DNA of 64,000 nucleotides from an uncultured Gammaproteobacteria bacterium (GTDB lineage Bacteria; Pseudomonadota; Gammaproteobacteria; JABDGN01): NCBI GenBank assembly GCA_963975985.1, contig CAXBIY010000010.1, positions 6,476 to 70,475 of the forward strand, read 5' to 3'. Shown piece by piece: positions 57,576 to 64,000 of this stretch (position 1 is its first letter; each line of letters starts with the position of its first letter). The notes under the pieces were generated by a model. It saw only the letters and a program-made list of their open reading frames with translations, ran no database searches and was not told where the DNA came from. The position numbers and the translations under genes were made by a program.

Positions 57576-59741
57576 ATGACGCATATCCTTGAAATTGCCA
57601 TCCCCACACCACTGCGCCGACGCTTTGATTATCTCAGTGAATGGCCGGTTAAACCCGGTTGTCGTGTGCATGTGCCTTTTGGCCGACGGCAAATGGTGGG
57701 CGTGGTGCTGGGTGAGCGCACAGAATCGAATATTGATCCCGATAAATTAAAAACGGTATTAGATGTGATCGATACCGAACCTTTATTTCCCGATGTATTA
57801 TTTAAATTGATTAACTGGGCGGCTGATTATTATCATTACCCTATCGGTGAAACATTTTATTTGGCCATGCCTGCATTGTTGCGCCAAGGCAAAGCGAAAC
57901 AATTATTAACGGAAACATTTTGGCAGTTAAGCGACACTAATGTGAAGCCTGATGCATTCAAGCGCGCGCCCAAACAATTGCTTGCGCTACAACAATTACA
58001 ACAAGGTGAGCAAAGCGCACAAATATTAAAATCACACGACATCACTCCTGCAACATTGAAAAGTTTAGCTGATAAGCAGTTAATCAAAAAATCCGAACGC
58101 ATTTTACTGCCTGAAATACAGTATAAATCTACCGATTTAACGCTAAACACGCATCAAGAGCAAGCCATTGAAACCCTCAATGCAAGCAAGCAATTTTCCT
58201 GCTTTCTCTTAGATGGCGTAACAGGCAGTGGTAAAACCGAAGTCTATTTACGTGCCATCGAACACGTGCTTGAACAAAATTTACAAGCTTTAGTGCTGGT
58301 GCCTGAAATTGGTTTAACCCCACAAACTGTGAAACGTTTTCAACAACGACTCAATGCTCGCGTCGCAAGTTTTCATTCTGGGCTAACCGATTCTGAGCGA
58401 TTGCAAACATGGCTACTGGCTCGTTCCGGACAAGTGGATGTTGTCATCGGCACACGCTCGGCCGTCTTCATGCCGTTTAAACAGCTCGGCATAATTGTCA
58501 TCGATGAAGAGCACGATATGTCATTCAAACAACAAGAAGGCTTTCGTTATCACGCACGAGATGTGGCGGTTCGCCGTGCACATTTAGAGAATATCCCGGT
58601 TATTTTGGGCTCAGCGACACCTTCGTTGGAAAGTTTGCATAATGTTAAGCTCGAGCGCTATCAGTCATTATTACTGCCTGAGCGCGCAGGTAATGCCGTA
58701 CATCCTGGTTTTTCGCTGATCGATTTGCGACAAGATTCATCCTATAACGGTATTTCTGATCACTTAACGCGACAGATTGAAGCCACGGTTAAAAAAGGCG
58801 AGCAAGTCTTATTATTTTTAAACCGCCGAGGCTTTGCGCCGGTGTTCATGTGTCACGATTGCGGTTGGATGGCACAGTGTCATCGCTGTGATGCGTATTT
58901 AACCCTGCATCACAAACCGCATTACTTACACTGCCATCATTGCGACAAACATTATTCCGTGTTTACGGCCTGTATTGAATGCCATAGTGAAAACTTACAT
59001 CCGGTTGGTGTCGGTACCGAAAAATTGGAACATGCGATTGAAGAGCTCTTTCCTAACTATAATGTCGTGCGAGTGGATCGCGACACCACGAAAAACAAAG
59101 GCCAACTGGATGCCCAGCTCGAAAAAATCAATTCCGGTAAAGCCGATATATTAATTGGCACGCAGATGCTAGCCAAAGGCCACCACTTTCCCAACGTCAC
59201 GTTAGTGGGCGTGTTAAATGCCGACAACGGATTTTTCAGTGTCGACTTCCGCACGCTAGAACGCATCGGGCAGCTACTCATTCAAGTGGCTGGCCGCGCT
59301 GGACGCGCCGAAAAACCTGGCACAGTGTTCATTCAAACCTATCACCCTGATCACCCATTGTTGCAACAGCTCACCCAACACGGCTACCCCGCCTTTGCAC
59401 AAAGCTTGCTAGAAGAACGTCAAGCCGCACAATTGCCGCCCTTTAGTCATTACGTATTATTACGCGCCGAAGCACACCAAGCCAATCACGCGATGGCATT
59501 ATTACAACAAGCCAAACAATTAGCACACAACAGTGGTGTTGATGCCGTCAACGTCTTTGGCCCTGCAACCGCGCCAATGGAAAAACGTGCCGGACGTTTC
59601 CGATCACAATTACTGTTACAAAGTTCACAACGTAATAACTTACATCAACTGCTACACTATCTTATTGAACAATTGGATAAACACCGAGATGTGCGGAAAG
59701 TTCGTTGGTCCGTTGACGTTGATCCCATGGATATGAATTAA
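57576..59741 (+). CDS. priA: Primosomal protein N' (replication restart helicase PriA)
   Basis: It has a Walker A motif (GVTGSGKTEVY), a DEEH box and a Cys-rich Zn-binding insert. Confidence 0.95.
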   Translation: MTHILEIAIPTPLRRRFDYLSEWPVKPGCRVHVPFGRRQMVGVVLGERTESNIDPDKLKTVLDVIDTEPLFPDVLFKLINWAADYYHYPIGETFYLAMPALLRQGKAKQLLTETFWQLSDTNVKPDAFKRAPKQLLALQQLQQGEQSAQILKSHDITPATLKSLADKQLIKKSERILLPEIQYKSTDLTLNTHQEQAIETLNASKQFSCFLLDGVTGSGKTEVYLRAIEHVLEQNLQALVLVPEIGLTPQTVKRFQQRLNARVASFHSGLTDSERLQTWLLARSGQVDVVIGTRSAVFMPFKQLGIIVIDEEHDMSFKQQEGFRYHARDVAVRRAHLENIPVILGSATPSLESLHNVKLERYQSLLLPERAGNAVHPGFSLIDLRQDSSYNGISDHLTRQIEATVKKGEQVLLFLNRRGFAPVFMCHDCGWMAQCHRCDAYLTLHHKPHYLHCHHCDKHYSVFTACIECHSENLHPVGVGTEKLEHAIEELFPNYNVVRVDRDTTKNKGQLDAQLEKINSGKADILIGTQMLAKGHHFPNVTLVGVLNADNGFFSVDFRTLERIGQLLIQVAGRAGRAEKPGTVFIQTYHPDHPLLQQLTQHGYPAFAQSLLEERQAAQLPPFSHYVLLRAEAHQANHAMALLQQAKQLAHNSGVDAVNVFGPATAPMEKRAGRFRSQLLLQSSQRNNLHQLLHYLIEQLDKHRDVRKVRWSVDVDPMDMN

Positions 59742-59752
59742 GGACCAACATA

Positions 59753-60091
59753 ATGAAAATCACACCCGTATTAGCTCTTAGCTTCTGTCTATTAATGGCA
59801 TCCACAGCCATGGCGGATAGAACGGCCTATATGCAATTTTTTAATTCGTCTGATCAAACAGCAACGTTTGCTTTTCCACCAGCCTACCTCAAACAATTGA
59901 CAAAAACCCTCCCTCCGCATAGCCACTCAGACACGATTGACTACCAAGCGGTTTCTGTTGCCATCGGTATACAAGTCATCGATACAACAACACAAAAGCG
60001 GCTATGCAATATACAAATAAACACGAATTTACCCGGCTCTGATTCTATTGAATTGAAACAAAATGGCACTTGCTGTCTTAACTGTATATAG
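59753..60091 (+). CDS. Small secreted protein, tandem family member 1 (C-terminal TCCLNCI)
   Basis: It has an AAGGA SD and a signal peptide (..LLMASTAMA), and it is homologous to member 3. Confidence 0.6.
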   Translation: MKITPVLALSFCLLMASTAMADRTAYMQFFNSSDQTATFAFPPAYLKQLTKTLPPHSHSDTIDYQAVSVAIGIQVIDTTTQKRLCNIQINTNLPGSDSIELKQNGTCCLNCI

Positions 60092-60106
60092 CGTAATTTA
60101 TCTTAC

Positions 60107-60292
60107 TATACTTAAAGCGATTGAGTATTAGATCTATAAATAAATCATCTTAGCATCGTCATCCCGTGGCTTGACCACGGGATCTAGGAAAATATTATAG
60201 CTTGATGATATTCTGGATCCCGTGGTCAAGCCACGGGATAACGATACACAAGACATGTTTTTGAATACCTAATACTCAATCGCTTTAAGTAT
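60107..60292. mobile_element. 186-bp MITE-like element: 24/25-nt terminal inverted repeats enclosing a family-1 double hairpin
   Basis: The left TIR is ATACTTAAAGCGATTTGAGTATTAG (60107..60131). The right TIR is CTAATACTCAATCGCTTTAAGTAT (60269..60292), differing by one 1-nt indel. The core holds CGTCATCCCGTGGCTTGACCACGGGATCTAG ... CTGGATCCCGTGGTCAAGCCACGGGATAACG. Confidence 0.8.
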
Positions 60293-60308
60293 AACAAGAA
60301 AAATATGA

Positions 60309-60439
60309 CAATTATTTGAGCATTCACAACGCAAAAAACTCCATCGCGGCTACACTATATAGTAGAACAACTCGATAAACATGAGGATTCACGCAGGGTG
60401 CGCTAGTCCATCGATGTTGGTCACATGGATATGACTCAA
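60309..60439 (+). pseudogene. Relic copy of the priA 3' end (duplication scar)
   Basis: It aligns without gaps to priA 59605..59741. In the 75-nt core 60365..60439 versus 59667..59741, I count 53 of 75 identities by hand. An in-frame stop is present. Confidence 0.7.
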
Positions 60440-60461
60440 CCTAAAGCACGGAGCGCTTACA

Positions 60462-60782
60462 ATGAAATATATACTATTGTTATTACTGTCTTTTGCAACA
60501 GCCAATGCTGTCGCATCGTCTGTCACCTACACCAATCGAACCGATATTCCACTCAAGTTTGAAATCAGCAATGGTAAATCCATTGAGGCCATTACCGTTC
60601 CCCCTTGGAGCCCCACATCAGTCCCGCTTGCCTCTGTTACAGCAGAAAAAATAACGGTTATTGTGACGGCTGAGAATAACAGCAAAAATGTGCTGGCAAC
60701 TTGCAGTTTTAATACTATTGACTACAAGGGTCAACAAATTAATTTCTTGCTCAACCTTGATCATACCTGCGCAATTAGTTAG
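60462..60782 (+). CDS. Small secreted protein, tandem family member 2 (divergent)
   Basis: It has a signal peptide (..SFATANAVA) and shares the Y-x-N-x-TD, internal Cys and HTC landmarks with members 1 and 3. Confidence 0.55.
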   Translation: MKYILLLLLSFATANAVASSVTYTNRTDIPLKFEISNGKSIEAITVPPWSPTSVPLASVTAEKITVIVTAENNSKNVLATCSFNTIDYKGQQINFLLNLDHTCAIS

Positions 60783-60924
60783 GGGATAAAAAAATACTTG
60801 CTACACCTCGCACAGGAAGCAGAAGGTCCTATAGGCGGCTGACATATTTATAGCGCTTGTGGACATGGGCTAAACTTTATAGCTTTGCTATACTGCCAAA
60901 TCTAATTATAAAAAGGCAACCCAA

Positions 60925-61257
60925 ATGAAAAGAATCGCTTGGCTCATCATTATGACAGCGCTCACAGTAACAACCACCGCCAATACCAATCCCTCCATTG
61001 AATATTTTAATCTGACGGATAATATGGCAACATTTTCTTATAATCTGCCACACCAAGAGCAGCCTAAAAATGTAGCCGCACACACAAATATGTCATTCCC
61101 CTTTTATGATGGTCCATTTTCATTTAACATACTTGTTATGGATACAAACAATAAAATGTTATATTGCACGGTCCCTATCAGTGCACCTTCACACACGAAT
61201 CTATCGTACTCAGTTACATTAAGGGCCAATCACACTTGCTGTTTAAATTGTATGTAG
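60925..61257 (+). CDS. Small secreted protein, tandem family member 3 (C-terminal TCCLNCM)
   Basis: It has a signal peptide and aligns with member 1 (FN-x-[ST]D..ATF, VxDT, ..TCCLNC[IM]). Confidence 0.6.
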   Translation: MKRIAWLIIMTALTVTTTANTNPSIEYFNLTDNMATFSYNLPHQEQPKNVAAHTNMSFPFYDGPFSFNILVMDTNNKMLYCTVPISAPSHTNLSYSVTLRANHTCCLNCM

Positions 61258-61275
61258 CGCTCAGGAGATCAAAGG

Positions 61276-62088
61276 ATGAATAAATTAGCCGTTATTGGTA
61301 ACCCCGTTAAACACAGTCTATCCCCTCAAATCTTCACCTTATTTGCCAAACAAATGGGCGTTGAAATTCAATACGACAAAGTCTTCTCTGAGCTAAAGGA
61401 TTTTTCCCATACGGTAACAAACTTACGAGAACAAGATTACATGGGCGCCAATGTCACGGTTCCATTCAAACAAGAAGCCTTTGAATTCGCCGATGAACAC
61501 GCTCCATCAGCTCAAGCAGTAGGTGTTGCCAATGTGTTAATATTCCAAGAAGATGGCAGCACAATCGCGCATAATACCGACGGAATAGGCATAGTTAATG
61601 ATGTTTCACGACAAATAGGCGAGATTAAAGACAAGTCGATACTGCTGCTTGGCGCAGGCGGCGCGGCTAAAGGTGCTTTATACAGTTTGTTGCAGCAACA
61701 ACCCAGCAAAGTCACACTCGTCAACCGCACAGCTTCACGAGCCGTGGAATTGCGGGAACAATTTGAACAGCTAGGCAACATCCAAACCAGTAGCTTTGAG
61801 GCACTTAGCCAGCCTTGCGACATCATCATCAATGCCACCTCAAGCGGACTACACAACACTAAATTACCCATCCCGATTCACGTGCTCACCCAGCAAACCC
61901 TTTGCTACGATATGGTCTACGGCAAAAGTACGCCGTTTTTACAATGGGCAGAAGAAAATGGCGCACAAACTAGTGATGGCCTAGGCATGCTAGTCGAGCA
62001 AGCGGCTGAGGGTTGTAAGATTTGGTTTGGTGAGCGACCCGAGACGGCTACGGTATTGGCAGCTCTGGCTCAATTGGTGTCAAAGTAA
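61276..62088 (+). CDS. aroE: Shikimate dehydrogenase
   Basis: It has the N-terminal motif VIGNPVKHSLSPQIF, plus NVTVPFK and GAGGAAKG. Confidence 0.93.
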   Translation: MNKLAVIGNPVKHSLSPQIFTLFAKQMGVEIQYDKVFSELKDFSHTVTNLREQDYMGANVTVPFKQEAFEFADEHAPSAQAVGVANVLIFQEDGSTIAHNTDGIGIVNDVSRQIGEIKDKSILLLGAGGAAKGALYSLLQQQPSKVTLVNRTASRAVELREQFEQLGNIQTSSFEALSQPCDIIINATSSGLHNTKLPIPIHVLTQQTLCYDMVYGKSTPFLQWAEENGAQTSDGLGMLVEQAAEGCKIWFGERPETATVLAALAQLVSK

Positions 62089-62197
62089 TCATATCCCCCA
62101 CCTTCTCTACACGAACCTCATCAGCATGGATGTGAAAAGCCTCTGGCAGCAGCACCACCTGATGCTCACCATCGTCATATAATTTTGCAGTTTCCAT
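62048..62197 (-). pseudogene. Orphan, C-terminally truncated VapB/AbrB-type antitoxin gene overlapping the aroE 3' end
   Basis: An AAGGAA SD lies 5 nt before the ATG at 62197. The 49-aa product METAKLYDDGEHQVVLLPEAFHIHADEVRVEKVGDMITLTP... matches the SpoVT/AbrB-type VapB N-terminal domain. No toxin gene follows. Confidence 0.55.
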
Positions 62198-62344
62198 TAG
62201 AATTCCTTAACTTTAAAATGAATATATTATTATAGCGAATAAAATAAATTTTATTTGAATTCAATAAATTTATATGTTATTCTTCTTTTGTTTCTACTTT
62301 GTAGATACATTGTGCTATAATTGTCCTATTCAAAGGAGAATTCA

Positions 62345-62590
62345 ATGCATGCAAAAATCCAAAAATGGGGCAACAGTTTGGCTGTAAGACTACCTGCAAA
62401 TGTTGCTAATGAATGCCAGCTTGAAAATGGTAGCGAGGTTGATCTCATGATTGAAAATAATAACATTGTCATTATGCCGCAAATAGAAGAACCAAGCTTA
62501 ACATCACTGCTTGCACAAGTGACCAATGACAATTTACATAGCCCAATTGATATGGGCGGTGATATTGGCCTGGAAAATATTGATGACTGA
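62345..62590 (+). CDS. mazE: Type II antitoxin MazE (AbrB/SpoVT fold)
   Basis: An AAGGAGA SD is present. The protein has MHAKIQKWGNSLAVRLPANVANE and an acidic C-terminus. Confidence 0.85.
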   Translation: MHAKIQKWGNSLAVRLPANVANECQLENGSEVDLMIENNNIVIMPQIEEPSLTSLLAQVTNDNLHSPIDMGGDIGLENIDD

Positions 62591-62936
62591 TTATGTTCCC
62601 CGACTTGGCGATATTGTATGGCTAGATATGCACCCACAAAAGGGCAAAGAAATCACTAAACGCCGCCCTTTTTTGGTGCTCACACCTGCAGAATATAATC
62701 AAAAGATCAAACTGCTTGTTGGTTGCCCAATCACAAGCAAGGTTAAGAAATATCCTTTTGAGATAACCTTACCAGAAAATCTCATCACGAATGGTGCTGT
62801 GTTATGTGACCAAATTAAAAATGTTGATTGGCGAGGTAGAAATGCTGTATTTATTGAACAGGCGAGTAAATTAACGATTCACAAAACAAAATTGCGCATA
62901 AGTACATTACTCGGGATAAAAATCAGTTCACACTAA
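62583..62936 (+). CDS. mazF: Type II toxin MazF/PemK endoribonuclease
   Basis: The ATG overlaps the mazE stop (ATGACTGA). PemK motifs are present (YVPRLGDIVWLDMHPQKGKEITKRRPFLVLTP, CPITSK). Confidence 0.85.
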   Translation: MTDYVPRLGDIVWLDMHPQKGKEITKRRPFLVLTPAEYNQKIKLLVGCPITSKVKKYPFEITLPENLITNGAVLCDQIKNVDWRGRNAVFIEQASKLTIHKTKLRISTLLGIKISSH

Positions 62937-63455
62937 ATAATCATCCTTCAACTTCGCATAATGCTTAGCGCTATATTCAAAGTGAGCGATTTCTTTTTCA
63001 GTGAGGGGGCGGATTTGTTTGACGGGGCTGCCTAAATATAAATAACCACTTTCGAGTACTTTGCCCGGCGGCACTAAGCTGTTGGCGCCAATCATCACAT
63101 GCTCTTCTAACACGGCACCATCTAACACCACGGCACCCATGCCAATTAAGCAACGATTGTTGATCGTGCAGGCATGCAACACAACATTATGGCCAACGGT
63201 GACATCATCACCAATAGTTAGAGCAAAACCATCAGGGAATTCTTCGTTTTTATGCGTAACGTGTAGCATGGAATTATCTTGAATATTCGTGCGGCTGCCG
63301 ATACGAATGGTATTCACATCGCCACGCACGACAGCGCAGGGCCACACGGAGCTATCATCACCCAACGTTACATCACCAATCACGCAAGCTTGTTCATCAA
63401 CATAAACGTCTTCGCCTAATGTCGGCATGATTTTTTTATACGGGCGAATACTCAT
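62928..63455 (-). CDS. Gamma-class carbonic anhydrase family / hexapeptide-repeat protein (YrdA/PaaY-like)
   Basis: It has left-handed beta-helix hexapeptide repeats and the conserved VRGDVN..IRIG..NIQD..LH motif. Confidence 0.85.
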   Translation of the reverse strand: MSIRPYKKIMPTLGEDVYVDEQACVIGDVTLGDDSSVWPCAVVRGDVNTIRIGSRTNIQDNSMLHVTHKNEEFPDGFALTIGDDVTVGHNVVLHACTINNRCLIGMGAVVLDGAVLEEHVMIGANSLVPPGKVLESGYLYLGSPVKQIRPLTEKEIAHFEYSAKHYAKLKDDYLV

Positions 63456-64000
63456 TTGGCTTCTCCTACTGCGTAGTCTTTAATGGGTGGAATGGTTTTA
63501 ATTAATTTCTGTTGCTGCATAAATTTCGCAAAGTGGTTATACGAAGCGGGATTATAAACAAAAGGATTATCAGCGAAGTAATGATACGTCCCTAGCCAGG
63601 CTTCATGGTTAAACTTATTATTGAGCTCTGGGTGGTTTTTCGCAAATGCACGCCAAGTTGATTCGGGATGCGCTTTTAAATATTTTGTGCCTTGCTGAAT
63701 GGCGGTTAAAAACTTTTTCACCCAGGGTGCATTCACATTTTTACTGTTCACTACCCAAAGCTCCGAAGCCGAATCAGGCACACCATTATTTTGCGGCAAA
63801 AACAAACGCGCGGGCTGGCCTGCTAGCCGCATTTCAACCGGCTCGATGTTACGCATAATACCACTGATGGCATCAACACGATGAGCTAATAGCGCTTGCA
63901 CTAAATTATATTGCACGCTAACCATCTTCACATCTTTTATGCTTAAGCCATTGTGCGCCAACATGGCACCCACCATCGCCTGGTCAACACTGCTGGCCGA
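63452..64000 (-). CDS. ABC-transporter periplasmic substrate-binding protein, NMT1/THI5-like (C-terminal part; 5' end lies outside the window)
   Basis: The ORF remains open to the window edge and the sequence is NMT1-like. Its stop overlaps the start of the downstream gene. Confidence 0.5.
   Translation of the reverse strand, partial: SASSVDQAMVGAMLAHNGLSIKDVKMVSVQYNLVQALLAHRVDAISGIMRNIEPVEMRLAGQPARLFLPQNNGVPDSASELWVVNSKNVNAPWVKKFLTAIQQGTKYLKAHPESTWRAFAKNHPELNNKFNHEAWLGTYHYFADNPFVYNPASYNHFAKFMQQQKLIKTIPPIKDYAVGEAK

Noticed and set aside
60783-60924. A possible second priA-tail relic upstream of small secreted gene 3.
   Set aside because: Only scattered short matches to the priA end (for example GGTCC and CATGG) could be aligned by eye. 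This is not convincing without a formal alignment.

Overview
This is a 64-kb chromosomal segment from an AT-rich gammaproteobacterium. The gene content and repeat families suggest a Legionellales-like intracellular lifestyle; this is an inference, as no rRNA or tRNA is present to anchor it. The housekeeping backbone is clear: a MacB-type permease, tag-czcD, trxA-rho, hemCDXY, the glycolytic/pentose cluster tkt-gap-pgk-pyk-fba, parC and parE, priA, aroE, pcm-like plus tolC, minor type IV pilins, and a MATE pump. Accessory material is interleaved with this backbone. (1) Three tandem, divergent eukaryotic-type Ser/Thr-kinase paralogs lie at 32.4-36.2 kb, two of which end in CaaX-like prenylation boxes. 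They are flanked by a HAD phosphatase, a GDSL lipoprotein and an Arch_ATPase-type NTPase, and I consider this the strongest candidate for an undescribed host-targeting effector module. (2) A Sec-exported peptide with 15 Cys, organised as (CSG)n, sits upstream of a His-rich protein and beside a CDF metal exporter. (3) An inverse-autotransporter-like adhesin carries a non-Ig repetitive passenger and is followed by a passenger-less barrel paralog. (4) TolC carries a 123-aa Lys/Ala-rich, histone-H1-like tail. (5) Three small secreted paralogs downstream of priA arose by tandem duplication, as shown by a relic of the priA 3' end. (6) There are four toxin-antitoxin-type modules: vapBC (Phd-type antitoxin), mazEF, the Fic 'mobile mystery protein' A/B pair, and an orphan truncated vapB antisense to the aroE end. 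(7) At least four families of short palindromic or MITE-like repeats are present, along with gene relics. No CRISPR array, rRNA, tRNA, transposase or integrase was recognised.
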